Assembly (NCBI GenBank): GCA_003598025.1
Contig: QZKH01000003.1
Span: 503,221 to 567,220, forward strand
Direction: 5' to 3'
Origin: Candidatus Omnitrophota bacterium
GTDB lineage: Bacteria; Omnitrophota; Gorgyraeia; Gygaellales; Profunditerraquicolaceae
DNA length: 64,000 bases
In this document: one piece after another, positions 53,555 through 63,109 of the stretch
Layout of the letters: every line of letters begins with the position of its first letter
Numbering within the stretch: the stretch's first letter is position 1
Made by a program: the position numbers and the translations under genes
Notes under the pieces: model-generated
Seen by the model: only the letters and a program-made list of their open reading frames with translations
Told to the model about the DNA's origin: nothing
Databases searched by the model: none

Positions 53555-54435
53555 TTTGCAAAAAGTTTGTTTTCAATACAAGTTTCGATAATCCTGGCTT
53601 TTAATTTCTCTATGTGCCTACGCCTGCCCTGGGGGCTGAAATCATCAAGCTGCATTTCCGGCACATCCTTCATCTCTTCATAAAGCTGATCCAGTTTATC
53701 CTTGTGTTCCTGCTCTAAGACATCCCTTCTTGAATGGACAATGAGAGCCTTGACTATGCCCTTTCCCTGTAACTCTAAAATCTCATCAGAAAGATCAAAT
53801 GTACCTGAACCTAATTCATCAGTCTTTTTTAGTGGTACAACCATAGCCAGAATCACTATATCCGGCTTAAATTCTTTGATATTCTCCCTTGCCTCTTCCT
53901 GGGTGTAAATGAAACGCGTTTCAAGCTGCGCCTTGCCAGTCTGGATTAAATCATCCAAAGGGACAAGCGGCAAAGAAGGCTTAGAGTCTTCTATAAAAAG
54001 GATCCTAGCTTTAATAACATGGCCTCCTATTTCTTCGGCTTTTGCCCTCCATGACCAAGAAGGCGGCCTTTTTACCTCTAGAAGCTCTCTCATCCGCTTG
54101 ATAATCGCATCTAAGCGCACTGGTTTTACAAAAAAACCGTCTACTCCCAATTCTTTAGCCCTTTGCAAGAATGTATCCGCATAACCAGTAATAACCATGA
54201 TCCTGGTTTTGGGGCTATGCTGTTTTATAGCCTTGATTACTTCTATACCGTCAACCTTAGGCATCCTCATATCCAAAAGCACAAGGTCGATATTGTTCTC
54301 TTTAATTATCTTAATCGCTTCATCGCCGTCAAATGCAGAAAACATCTGGTGGCCCCTATTTGTTAATACTTCGCTTAAGGTCTCGTTTATTTCCTTCTCA
54401 TCGTCTACTACTAAAATCTTCCTTGTTTCAGCCAT
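53551..54435 (-). CDS. Tandem receiver protein (canonical REC + pseudo-receiver lacking the phospho-Asp)
   Basis: First domain: ILVVDDEKEI, LLDMRMPKVDG. Second domain: ILFIEDSKPS...IVILAMVVP, with Ala at the phospho-acceptor position. Confidence 0.7.
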   Translation of the reverse strand: MAETRKILVVDDEKEINETLSEVLTNRGHQMFSAFDGDEAIKIIKENNIDLVLLDMRMPKVDGIEVIKAIKQHSPKTRIMVITGYADTFLQRAKELGVDGFFVKPVRLDAIIKRMRELLEVKRPPSWSWRAKAEEIGGHVIKARILFIEDSKPSLPLVPLDDLIQTGKAQLETRFIYTQEEARENIKEFKPDIVILAMVVPLKKTDELGSGTFDLSDEILELQGKGIVKALIVHSRRDVLEQEHKDKLDQLYEEMKDVPEMQLDDFSPQGRRRHIEKLKARIIETCIENKLFAK

Positions 54436-54452
54436 CCTTACTCCTTTCCATC

Positions 54453-54698
54453 CTAAAGGTATTGATTCCTCGACTGTAATGTCTCTTTTATTTTATTTAA
54501 TTCACCAGCGGCCTCCTGCGCTTTGGTTTCAATAATCTTCAGACCTTTTGTAAACTCATCTTTCAAATTTCCTGGTAGATCCGTACGGTCTTTAATTATA
54601 TCTAGTAAATATCCAGACACAGCGCAAACGCCATTAAGCTGGTTTGCAGCTTCATGGTTCAAATCAGGAATCTTACGAACCTCTTTATTCTCTTCCAT
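54453..54698 (-). CDS. Hypothetical helical small protein in the phosphorelay operon
   Basis: 81 aa; all-helical; an HEAANQLNG segment is only vaguely Hpt-like. Confidence 0.3.
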   Translation of the reverse strand: MEENKEVRKIPDLNHEAANQLNGVCAVSGYLLDIIKDRTDLPGNLKDEFTKGLKIIETKAQEAAGELNKIKETLQSRNQYL

Positions 54699-54704
54699 TA
54701 TACC

Positions 54705-54896
54705 TTATTTCATTACCGACCATATCAAAGATACAACCCAGCCTAAGCCGGTCCACCCTAAAAGAAAATTCAGTAAAAACACTGCAAGTTTATTCTTATG
54801 GTTTCTTAATACCGCAACTAAAGTCGGTAGAAAGTATAACACAATAGCCAAAATAATCAGCGATAGTTCCGGCAAACCAAAGCTTTGAAATAACAT
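54705..54896 (-). CDS. Superinfection-immunity-like small membrane protein (Imm_superinfect pattern)
   Basis: YFLPTLVAVLRNHKNKLAVFLLNFLLGWTGLGWVVSLIW matches the conserved PT.VA..R.H.N...I...N.LLGWT..GW..ALIW pattern. Confidence 0.5.
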   Translation of the reverse strand: MLFQSFGLPELSLIILAIVLYFLPTLVAVLRNHKNKLAVFLLNFLLGWTGLGWVVSLIWSVMK

Positions 54897-54898
54897 AT

Positions 54899-55783
54899 TT
54901 AGATCTCTCTGTATAGCTTATGTTTTATACAAGCTCTCTTTAATGAGTCGCTTAATTTTTCTAAGATCTCTTTATCCGGAAGCATATATTTAGGATCCAG
55001 GGGCGTAGCTACATATGCAAGTCCCCTTTTAATCAAGTTATCCGCCTCCTCCCATTTCATGGCTGGATCGCCAAAAAGGATAATTTCTTTGGGCGGATAA
55101 GGAAAATCCATTAGGCTTGCCGCAAATTCTCCGAAAAGCCCCACGAGGGCAACGTCAAAAAGAATAATGTCCGGCTGAAAATGATGAATGGAATCAAGAT
55201 GTTTGGCGTCTTCAACCATGCCAAACCATTTTATTTCGTATTCCGCCTGGGTACATTCCTTGTTTGAGAAATATTCCTCCAGTAAACCAACCAGCATTTC
55301 CCTGGGTTCGATAAGCAGTATTTTTGCCTTAGGGATAATTTTGTCTTCCGGGAGATCCTTTTCGTTTACTACCGGTTCTTTATCTAGGGTAGCTGTAGTC
55401 TTAGACCCTATGGTCGGGGCTGCGCCTTTACTGAACAGCGCTTCAATCTTTTCTTTAATGTCACTGACCAGAACTGGCTTTACAAAGAAACCGTCTGAGC
55501 CTATCTGATCTACTTTTTTCTTATATTGCGAGTCATAGCCAGTAGTTACCACGACAAACATACCAGGGTAATCTTTACGGATGGTTTTTAATACCTCTAA
55601 ACCGTCTATGCCGGGAAGCTTCATATCAAGAAGTACAAGATCAGGAGCAGAATCCTTGAGTCGTGCGAGTGCGGTCTCCCCGTCAAAAGCCTGTAAAACC
55701 TGGTATCCTCTTAATTGCAGCATACCCGCCAAGGTTTCGGTAACAAGCTTCTCATCGTCAACAATTAATATCTTTTTAGGCAT
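54899..55783 (-). CDS. Tandem receiver protein (REC + second receiver-like domain)
   Basis: ILIVDDEKLV, LLDMKLPGIDGLEVL; C-terminal ILLIEPREML...IILFDVAL second domain. Confidence 0.7.
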   Translation of the reverse strand: MPKKILIVDDEKLVTETLAGMLQLRGYQVLQAFDGETALARLKDSAPDLVLLDMKLPGIDGLEVLKTIRKDYPGMFVVVTTGYDSQYKKKVDQIGSDGFFVKPVLVSDIKEKIEALFSKGAAPTIGSKTTATLDKEPVVNEKDLPEDKIIPKAKILLIEPREMLVGLLEEYFSNKECTQAEYEIKWFGMVEDAKHLDSIHHFQPDIILFDVALVGLFGEFAASLMDFPYPPKEIILFGDPAMKWEEADNLIKRGLAYVATPLDPKYMLPDKEILEKLSDSLKRACIKHKLYREI

Positions 55784-55788
55784 AGTTT

Positions 55789-56151
55789 TTAATCTTTAAG
55801 GTTATTTTCAACCACCTCATCAAGCGTGCTCATTGTAAGAGGCTTGTTCAGAAAAGTTTCTACTCCCATGGTAATTGCTTCTTCTTTAACTTTATCCTCA
55901 AGCGCACCTGTTGAGATAATCACCTTAACAGTAGAGCCAGATTCTCTAATCTTTTTTAAAACATCGAGGCCGGTCATCGGGCCTTCTAACTTATAATCAA
56001 GAAGCGCTAAGTCCGGCTGCTTCTCCAACAATAATTTTACCGCTTCTTCTCCCGAAGAACAAGAATATACTTCCAGGCCCCTTCTTTGAAAATGGCTTTT
56101 GAGAACCTCTGTTACTTCTGCTTCATCATCAACAATGAATAATTTTTTCAT
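55789..56151 (-). CDS. Stand-alone CheY-like receiver protein
   Basis: LFIVDDEAEV, LLDYKLEGPMTGLDVL. Confidence 0.8.
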   Translation of the reverse strand: MKKLFIVDDEAEVTEVLKSHFQRRGLEVYSCSSGEEAVKLLLEKQPDLALLDYKLEGPMTGLDVLKKIRESGSTVKVIISTGALEDKVKEEAITMGVETFLNKPLTMSTLDEVVENNLKD

Positions 56152-56525
56152 TGTCTGTTGTTGGAGACAGTTTTTGCTGCTTGAGCAATAAACTCTTTTA
56201 GTTTGGCCAAAGGAATCGGCTTTACCAGAAAATAATCCGCCCCTTGTTGAAAAGATTTTTCCTTAGTCGTTTCCACGTCAAATCCGGTTAATACAATCAC
56301 GCATATTTTTGGATTAAATGCTTTCGCTTCTCTTAATACCTGTAGACCTGACATATCTTTTAAATTAAGGTCTAAGATGATAATCTGCGGATTTTGTTCC
56401 TTAATTAGATCTATTGCCGCTTGCCCTGTCGCTGCCTTTAACACCGCATAGCCCTGATTAGCCAAGTTATCAGCCATTTCATTCAAAATAAGCTCGTAAT
56501 CTTCTACGATCAAGAGTTTAAGCAT
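56148..56525 (-). CDS. Stand-alone CheY-like receiver protein
   Basis: LLIVEDYELI, ILDLNLKDMSGLQVL; 4-nt overlap with the next gene and 8-nt overlap with the kinase gene. Confidence 0.8.
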   Translation of the reverse strand: MLKLLIVEDYELILNEMADNLANQGYAVLKAATGQAAIDLIKEQNPQIIILDLNLKDMSGLQVLREAKAFNPKICVIVLTGFDVETTKEKSFQQGADYFLVKPIPLAKLKEFIAQAAKTVSNNRQ

Positions 56526-58779
56526 TATTTTTGCTTTCCTTAGTTTTTAATAAAGGTAACTCTATGGTAAAAGTTGTTCCTTGTCCGTATTCAGAGGCAA
56601 AATCAATCTTCCCCTTATGGGCAAGAATAAATTTCTTTACAACAAATAGACCAACGCCATGACCTCCTTTGCCGTACCCTTGTAGCCCTGTGGGTTTGCT
56701 ACTGTAATAACCGGCGAATATCTTTCTTTTGTCTTCCTCTTTTATACCTATGCCATTGTCAGTAATGCTTATGATAAGATAGTTATCTTTTACAAAGGCT
56801 TTTAATTCTATATGGGGAGCATAGGAATCGTTTTCAGGCCATTTAAGTTCAGGATTTCTCACTCTGATTTTGTCAATCTTTTCATATACAGCATCAAAAG
56901 AGTTATCTACCAAGTTGAATACGCAGTCTCTTATTTGGGCGTCTGAGCCAAATACCGAAGGCAAGTTTTTATCAATTTGACAGGAAATATCAACTGGTGG
57001 ACGTTTGCCTTCGATTTTATCCTGAGAGTGTTTCATTTCTACAAGCTCGAGGCTTGAATTAATAATTGAAGATGGATCGAATTCCTCAAAGTTCGGTGGC
57101 GTAGTTCCGGTCAGACTCATTATTCCTTTGGTTATCTCGCCTCCATACTGACACTCATCGGAGATTTTTTTAAGCTTAGGAAGAGATTTCTGCAGGATCT
57201 GCTTTGCTTCCGCATCTGAAAGATCGCAAACATTCCTCTCTCCGAGCATATCGAAAATACCGTCACAGGTCATAGATATGGCATAGAGCCGGTTGTTAAA
57301 CTGGTGCCCGGCGCCGAAGGATACGTCCGAAACAGCCTGTTCTCTGGAAGATTCAACTATTCTGTCTTCTTCCCCTTGCCAGAATGAAGCATTCTCGATA
57401 GCAAGCGCTGCCTGATTGGAAAGTACTTGAAGCACGTTAATTTCTTCCTTGGTGAAGGTTTCATCGTTTCTTGATCCGCCAAGAATAAGAAAACCAACCA
57501 ATTCAAGACGAAGAAGGATGGGAATAACAATATTGGCTTTAAATTTTATCAATTCGTTTTCGAGAGGCACAAGGGCATGGTTTGTTGTTGAAACGATCTT
57601 ATGCTTAATTTCTCCATATTCAATCGCTATTTTTTCTGTAAAGAGCTTATCAGCTAAGACAGAATCAAAGGGAATATTTTTAGGTAAACCATCTATTTTC
57701 GGAACAGCATAATAGGAAACCAGATTGAACTGTTTACCTTTAAGAGGATCATTCTCTAGAAGATAAAAGGCAGCATGCTTTAATTGCAAGATTTTTAAAA
57801 CATTATGAACAATCAATCCCAGCAAGGTTCTAATCCTAGTAAAGCGCATCATGTAGGAAGAAAGCTCTCGGAGATTATCCTGACGTTTGCGTTTTTCTGC
57901 AAGAAGACGAGCTTCCACACGACTAGTTAAATATATAAAAATAAATGGTCCTACTGTAGCCAAAATAAAGAAAATAATTAAAGGACACCAGAACCAACTA
58001 TTTCCAAATAAACTTATTAGCACATTTTTCCCAAAACCCGTAATTGCAAAAGGTATGCCTAAAACCAATAGATAGACGGATATGAAAACTCCAATTCGAC
58101 TCAAAGCAACATTAGGATCTACCAAGCGATAACGAAATACAGCATATGCTACAATTCCTATATAGAAACTAATCATTATATTAAAATAAGGAGGCAGATG
58201 GATGCTATACCACATAGGCCAGTTTGTGGCGCCTCCAGCGAAACCGAGCATAGCCGATATAGTAAAATATTTAATTTGCGTTCGTTTAATATCAACGCTT
58301 TCCCGAAGTTTAACTATTAACCAATAGAATCCATATAAACATTGCCAAAACCAAAAAATCAAATAGAGATGAAAGAAAAAAGTTGGGGTTGGCCAAAAAC
58401 CAAGATTATAGCGAGGAGCAAGACCAGTGTATAATCTTGAGGTAAGATTTAATATAATAAAAAATATATTGATAAGAAGAAGCACTCGCAGAAGTTTTCT
58501 TTTTTCCTCAATTAACCCTAGAAAATAGAAAACAAAGTATAGGTAGGTAATATTTATTAAAATTATACCCACAAATAACACTTTAAACCATAATAAAGCC
58601 TGTGATTCTTCTTTAGCTAATTGCCAAAAGAAATAACCAAAACTATAAAGAGCAACACTTAAATTTAGGTTAAAGAAACTGCGATTCAGTGGGTTTTTTA
58701 TATTCTTAATAACGATAAGAATTGAAACCGCAAGACAGGTAATAAAGTTTATTGCCCCTGTAAATCCTAAAAATGACAT
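56518..58779 (-). CDS. Multi-TM sensor histidine kinase (polytopic membrane sensor, GAF-like region, HATPase_c)
   Basis: About 330-aa N-terminal region with about 10 TM helices; C-terminal ATP-binding boxes ITDNGIGI (G1) and GKGGHGVGL (G2); 753 aa. Confidence 0.8.
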   Translation of the reverse strand: MSFLGFTGAINFITCLAVSILIVIKNIKNPLNRSFFNLNLSVALYSFGYFFWQLAKEESQALLWFKVLFVGIILINITYLYFVFYFLGLIEEKRKLLRVLLLINIFFIILNLTSRLYTGLAPRYNLGFWPTPTFFFHLYLIFWFWQCLYGFYWLIVKLRESVDIKRTQIKYFTISAMLGFAGGATNWPMWYSIHLPPYFNIMISFYIGIVAYAVFRYRLVDPNVALSRIGVFISVYLLVLGIPFAITGFGKNVLISLFGNSWFWCPLIIFFILATVGPFIFIYLTSRVEARLLAEKRKRQDNLRELSSYMMRFTRIRTLLGLIVHNVLKILQLKHAAFYLLENDPLKGKQFNLVSYYAVPKIDGLPKNIPFDSVLADKLFTEKIAIEYGEIKHKIVSTTNHALVPLENELIKFKANIVIPILLRLELVGFLILGGSRNDETFTKEEINVLQVLSNQAALAIENASFWQGEEDRIVESSREQAVSDVSFGAGHQFNNRLYAISMTCDGIFDMLGERNVCDLSDAEAKQILQKSLPKLKKISDECQYGGEITKGIMSLTGTTPPNFEEFDPSSIINSSLELVEMKHSQDKIEGKRPPVDISCQIDKNLPSVFGSDAQIRDCVFNLVDNSFDAVYEKIDKIRVRNPELKWPENDSYAPHIELKAFVKDNYLIISITDNGIGIKEEDKRKIFAGYYSSKPTGLQGYGKGGHGVGLFVVKKFILAHKGKIDFASEYGQGTTFTIELPLLKTKESKNNA

Positions 58780-58783
58780 TATT

Positions 58784-60139
58784 TTAGACCTTTTGAATTG
58801 TTATAAATAATATTATATTACTTGGCTCTCTAGAAATCTTTATATCGAAACCATCTATCTCGCTTTTAACTATTAGATTTAACAGATGATTCTCTTCTCG
58901 CGGATAGAAACTCCAATCACACCACCAATCAGGCGGTAAAGGTTTATATTTGCTTACATCTTTATGTGCGATAATTAATCTACCCTTAGAATTTAACAAG
59001 TTAAAACAAAAGCTTATTAAATTTTTTAAAACTCTATCAGGGAGATAATCGGCTAATCCTATACTATAGATTAAATCATACTTACCTAAGATCTCAGAAT
59101 ACTTGCTATTTTGATTAATGTAATCTAATACGTTGTGCTGAAAAAAATGAAGGGGTACCTTGTTAACAACTTCGTTTAAGGACTCTTCTGAAAATTTTAG
59201 GGCTTCTTCATCTTGATCAACTAATGAAAAGGAAACATTGTTCTTGAGCAACAATTTTGAGTCAGATAGCACCTCCTTTATTTCTCGACAAGAACCACAA
59301 GCTATATTTAAAATTCTAATCTTTGGTAAATGTACTTCCTTAATGATAAAATCCCTTAATATTTTCCCCATTTCATTTTCTCGGTTTCTTACTGCTACAG
59401 CATAAGCATTACTTAATAAATATTTATCATAACAATATCCTAAAGCCGATGATAGAGGCTTGTTATCATAAATTATTTCTATTAATTTATAATCCCCAGG
59501 ATAGCCTCTGGGTTTCTCAAAAGCATGCTTAACGATCTCTGCCTTATAAACCCATGGCCCACAAATCTCCCTGAAAGCCTTCTTAACCTTCTTAATCAGT
59601 ATTTTATTATTTAACTGATTTTCTAATTCGTCCCCTTTTTGCACGATATTATCGTTAATAGTAACTATCTCCTTATAAATTTTCTCTTTGTCTTCACCCT
59701 GTTCTAAAGATTGTGCCATTTTGACTAATTTATTCATATAATCTTTAAAATCTACATTCCAGAAATTAGAAATCAAATCCTGAGTCTTTTTATCACCTAC
59801 CTTATTTAATAGCGATTTAAGACTATTTTTGATTAAAATGGTACGAAGGTTTTCTAAATCCTTCTCCTTTAGTCTTATAAAACATGCCCCATAAGTAAAT
59901 TTACCATCAGAAAGTAAATGCTTGTTCCATATTACCTTAAATTCCGTATCAATATATTCTTCTGCAGAAAGTTTTATTTTAGCCTTAGCCCTAGTTAAAA
60001 GTAATGGTTTTTGTAAAATGAATTTAAACCCGACCTCGCTTAAGTCAACAGTTGTACCAATAAATTCTGGACTTATTTGTATCGGAAGTTCTGCGTCAAT
60101 CCTAGGAAAAATCCTTTTTTCTGATTCTCTGTATTTCAT
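58784..60139 (-). CDS. PilZ-domain protein fused to a class-I SAM-dependent methyltransferase-like domain
   Basis: N-terminal RxxxR (EKRIFPR) and DLSEVGFKF (DxSxxG) PilZ motifs; C-terminal ILNIACGSCRE (motif I-like), DLIYSIGLADY and RLIIAHKD. Confidence 0.5.
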   Translation of the reverse strand: MKYRESEKRIFPRIDAELPIQISPEFIGTTVDLSEVGFKFILQKPLLLTRAKAKIKLSAEEYIDTEFKVIWNKHLLSDGKFTYGACFIRLKEKDLENLRTILIKNSLKSLLNKVGDKKTQDLISNFWNVDFKDYMNKLVKMAQSLEQGEDKEKIYKEIVTINDNIVQKGDELENQLNNKILIKKVKKAFREICGPWVYKAEIVKHAFEKPRGYPGDYKLIEIIYDNKPLSSALGYCYDKYLLSNAYAVAVRNRENEMGKILRDFIIKEVHLPKIRILNIACGSCREIKEVLSDSKLLLKNNVSFSLVDQDEEALKFSEESLNEVVNKVPLHFFQHNVLDYINQNSKYSEILGKYDLIYSIGLADYLPDRVLKNLISFCFNLLNSKGRLIIAHKDVSKYKPLPPDWWCDWSFYPREENHLLNLIVKSEIDGFDIKISREPSNIILFITIQKV

Positions 60140-60181
60140 TAGCTATCTCTCCTTCTATTTATAGTTTAAATGATTGCAGTA

Positions 60182-60400
60182 TTATCTTGAAACAACATCT
60201 GTTTTCCTGCGTCCTTTTTCATGGGTATAATACCTTTCCTTCTCGGCCATCCATTTATCAATCGAGTCTTTATTGAACCGCCATATCCTACCTACTTTTG
60301 CCGCTGGGATACGATGTTTAGAGAGAAGGACGTATACCATAGGTTTCGAAAGCTTAACATAACGACACACTTCCTCAAGAGTCATAAATTTTTCTTCCAT
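60182..60400 (-). CDS. Excisionase/AlpA-like HTH DNA-binding protein
   Basis: 72 aa; MTLEEVCRYVKLSKPMVYVLLSKHRIPAAKVGRIWRFNKDSIDKWM is a typical HTH_17/Xis-type motif. Confidence 0.55.
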   Translation of the reverse strand: MEEKFMTLEEVCRYVKLSKPMVYVLLSKHRIPAAKVGRIWRFNKDSIDKWMAEKERYYTHEKGRRKTDVVSR

Positions 60401-60500
60401 ATCTACCTCTCTTCTATCGGTAAAGATGCGTCATAATTCGATTATTACCGTATATCAGCAGATATAATATCAAACTATCTTAAATAAGTCAAAGAATTTC

Positions 60501-61747
60501 TCTTTCTTGCTATTATACGGCGAATTGCAACTCTAATTGCGACAAAATTTTAATTCCCGATCAAAGCTGTTACTTTGCAAGTACTCAGCAGCCACCTGCT
60601 TAGGCGTCTTATACGCCAGAATTTTTCTTGGATAAGCGTTCATCCAACCTTCTATGTCTTTAATCTGTGACTCCTTAAAGTCGGCGATATCCGTGCCTTT
60701 GGGGATAAATCTACGGATCATCCGGTTGTGATTCTCATTCGTGCCGCGTTCCCAAGAACTAAATGAATGAGCAAAGTAGATTGTTGTTCTGCGTCTTTTA
60801 TCAAAAATGCTGATTTCCAGCGATCTCCAGTCTAAAAATTCAGCACCATTATCAAAGGTTATAGACTTAAACTTACTTTTGAAGCCTTGGCTGTATTTAC
60901 GCTCCAGTTCATCAATCGCTGCTTTTATCGCCTCCTGCGAAGCCTGCGCCACTTTTATAATAATTTCTTCGCGGCTCTTTCGCTCGGTCAGCGTGATAAG
61001 GCTAGTTTTTGATCTCCTGGGCCCTTTTATCGTATCGCCTTCCCAATGCCCATAATCACGGCGCTTTTCAACCGCCAAGGGCCGCTTCTCGATGCTTCGA
61101 CACATCCGGTTCGTCCGACTCACCCTACCGACTGGACGATACTTTCGGCGTTTCTTGTTGCGCTTCTGCCATAAATCCTTATTGCTTATGCCCGAAAAAA
61201 TCCCTTTATCTATATAGTTATACAACGTCTTTGTGCAGATCATTCCGGTAAACTTTCGTCCGCTAACCTTAATCTCACCGATAACCGCGTCAGGAGAGAA
61301 TCGTTCATCTATCAGTTTCACCCGAATGTATTCTTCCAGTTCTTTATCTCTGCCGATCTTTAATGACCGTTCTTTGTTACGCCCTCGCTTTTCATACTCT
61401 GCCTGCCCTACATGAGCCCGATATGTTATTTTCTCTGACAAATCATACTGTAGCCGCGCTACTGCGCCTCGCCCGATCTCCCGGTATATCGTCGCTTTGT
61501 TCCGGCGAAGCAATTTTGCGATCTCTGCTACTTTTTTACGGTCTGCCAACAATACTTCAATCTTGTAACGCTCTGACTCCTTTAAATGCGCATACCTCTT
61601 CTTTGTGCTACAATAGTCTCGCTCCATAGATCTCCTGTTCTTTGTTTGTGTGAGAACTTACAAAGTAACAGTTTTTCTTTGATCTGTGGAGCTTTTTTTA
61701 ACTCTTCTTGTCGCACTTCAGTTTACAATCTTTATTCTTGCTATTAT
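60501..61747 (-). mobile_element. IS30-family insertion sequence (about 1.25 kb)
   Basis: Single transposase ORF. Imperfect 21-bp terminal inverted repeats (ttgcaactctaattgcgacaa at 60522-60542 vs ttgtcgcacttcagtttacaa at 61708-61728; 15/21 matches). A 15-bp direct repeat ttcttgctattatac sits immediately outside each end (60501-60515 and 61733-61747). Confidence 0.55.
60533..61627 (-). CDS. IS30-family DDE transposase
   Basis: N-terminal HTH, then HWEGDTI, ITFDNGAEF and RGTNENHNRMIRR motifs characteristic of IS30 transposases; 364 aa. Confidence 0.85.
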   Translation of the reverse strand: MERDYCSTKKRYAHLKESERYKIEVLLADRKKVAEIAKLLRRNKATIYREIGRGAVARLQYDLSEKITYRAHVGQAEYEKRGRNKERSLKIGRDKELEEYIRVKLIDERFSPDAVIGEIKVSGRKFTGMICTKTLYNYIDKGIFSGISNKDLWQKRNKKRRKYRPVGRVSRTNRMCRSIEKRPLAVEKRRDYGHWEGDTIKGPRRSKTSLITLTERKSREEIIIKVAQASQEAIKAAIDELERKYSQGFKSKFKSITFDNGAEFLDWRSLEISIFDKRRRTTIYFAHSFSSWERGTNENHNRMIRRFIPKGTDIADFKESQIKDIEGWMNAYPRKILAYKTPKQVAAEYLQSNSFDRELKFCRN

Positions 61748-61938
61748 ACTGAGCAATACTTTAAAATCTTTGACGGTTAATTCATCTGCTACCTTCAACC
61801 CGCAATCATATCGCAAAAAATGATGGAGTCTGATTATTCTTTTTGTTTCCGTAATCAAAGATTTTGGAACTTTTCTATATCTCATTGTGCCACCTCCTAA
61901 TATAACTGACGCAGAAAGTAGCCAAATCTAACAAGAAA

Positions 61939-62559
61939 TTATGCTATTTTATCTGCTTCCAATAGCTCCTTTCCCATAATAAAGCTAAACCCATACCCCA
62001 ATTCCATCTGACATAATATCTTCCCGTCAAACCAATGGCAGTCTTCTCCATCGCTTACAACTTTAATTTTATCTTTCAGGTAGTGCTTGGCTATAATCAG
62101 AAAAGTTATCACTGCTAGATCGTACGGCCGAAAAGCAGTTTTCGTACAGTCAAAATATCTGCCGTTTTTTGGTTCGCTGTAATCGGACAGGTTTAATATT
62201 CTATCAAATAGAAAAGTCTCGTAAGAACAATCCCCATCACAAACCCGCTTCTCTATCTCGGCTCCTGCAAACCAATGTCCTTTCTGCGCGTCTTCTATAA
62301 AAGGATTGGCGATTCCACCGGCATTCTTTGTGGGCCAGGGAATAGTAATTGCTTCATTCTTTGGGTGGCCGCACTTAGATAAGCCGTTAAACCATACCCT
62401 ATCATAATTAATTACCGGCTGACCCTCACCATGCCCGTTTGCTAAAATAACGCCTGCTTCCTGCATCTTAGGCAAAACTTTCCTGAAATCATCCACTATA
62501 TTAACAAAATCTTTCTGATCAATTTCCCTTTCCCTGTACCAATAATGAGTGTATCCCAT
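61939..62559 (-). CDS. Hypothetical protein
   Basis: 206-aa ORF, several Cys and Trp; no motif recognised. Confidence 0.35.
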   Translation of the reverse strand: MGYTHYWYREREIDQKDFVNIVDDFRKVLPKMQEAGVILANGHGEGQPVINYDRVWFNGLSKCGHPKNEAITIPWPTKNAGGIANPFIEDAQKGHWFAGAEIEKRVCDGDCSYETFLFDRILNLSDYSEPKNGRYFDCTKTAFRPYDLAVITFLIIAKHYLKDKIKVVSDGEDCHWFDGKILCQMELGYGFSFIMGKELLEADKIA

Positions 62560-62574
62560 TTGTCTTATCTCCTT

Positions 62575-62778
62575 TTACCTAATGCAGGAAAAATAGCAGT
62601 TCCTGCAATCATCATTGTTATTTTCGCTTGAGCATTTCTCGCAAACTGGCCTTTTATCCAAAGAAGCCATGGACCGTAACAGCAGCTTTTCAACTATCAC
62701 AGTCATTGGTTTTCCTTGCGATTGCTTTAACCTGTAAAGCGTCTTGATCATTGTCTCGCTTAACACCGGACTATACAT
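62575..62778 (-). CDS. Small protein with possible ribbon-helix-helix N-terminus and Cys-rich tail
   Basis: LSETMIKTLYRLKQSQGKPMTVIVEKLL fits a CopG/RHH beta-alpha-alpha pattern; C-terminal CEKC...CRNC. Confidence 0.3.
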   Translation of the reverse strand: MYSPVLSETMIKTLYRLKQSQGKPMTVIVEKLLLRSMASLDKRPVCEKCSSENNNDDCRNCYFSCIR

Positions 62779-62902
62779 TCTGCGCTCACCTCCTTCGGCT
62801 CGTCGGCAACCTCAACCCACAATACGCCGTCGATTACTATCCAATCCTGGACTTCGCTCCAAGTTATTTCTTTGGTTAATTTGTCTCTTTGTATCCACAT
62901 TT

Positions 62903-63109
62903 TTAGACCTCCTCGTTAGGGAACATCATCGTGATGACACCTCCCTCGTTTACTACCCAAACCTCTACCCCTGCAAACCAGAAAACCTGCAGGCGAAGTT
63001 GATTTGTATCATCTTCTTTTCTCGCGTCAACCTGCTGCCAGATTCTCTCGATCTGACCCATGGTCAACTTCTCGGTTACTTGATCTGTAATCTTTTTAAT
63101 TTCCTGCAT
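62903..63109 (-). CDS. Small hypothetical protein (tandem paralogue of an unlisted 47-aa ORF at about 62765-62905)
   Basis: 68 aa. The adjacent unlisted minus-strand ORF MWIQRDKLTKEITWSEVQDWIVIDGVLWVEVADEPKE... shares a W/V-rich pattern with it. Confidence 0.3.
   Translation of the reverse strand: MQEIKKITDQVTEKLTMGQIERIWQQVDARKEDDTNQLRLQVFWFAGVEVWVVNEGGVITMMFPNEEV

Noticed and set aside
54453-54698. Calling the 81-aa operon protein an Hpt phosphotransfer protein
   Set aside because: The segment HEAANQLNG lacks the HxxKG spacing of true Hpt domains. It is left as hypothetical.
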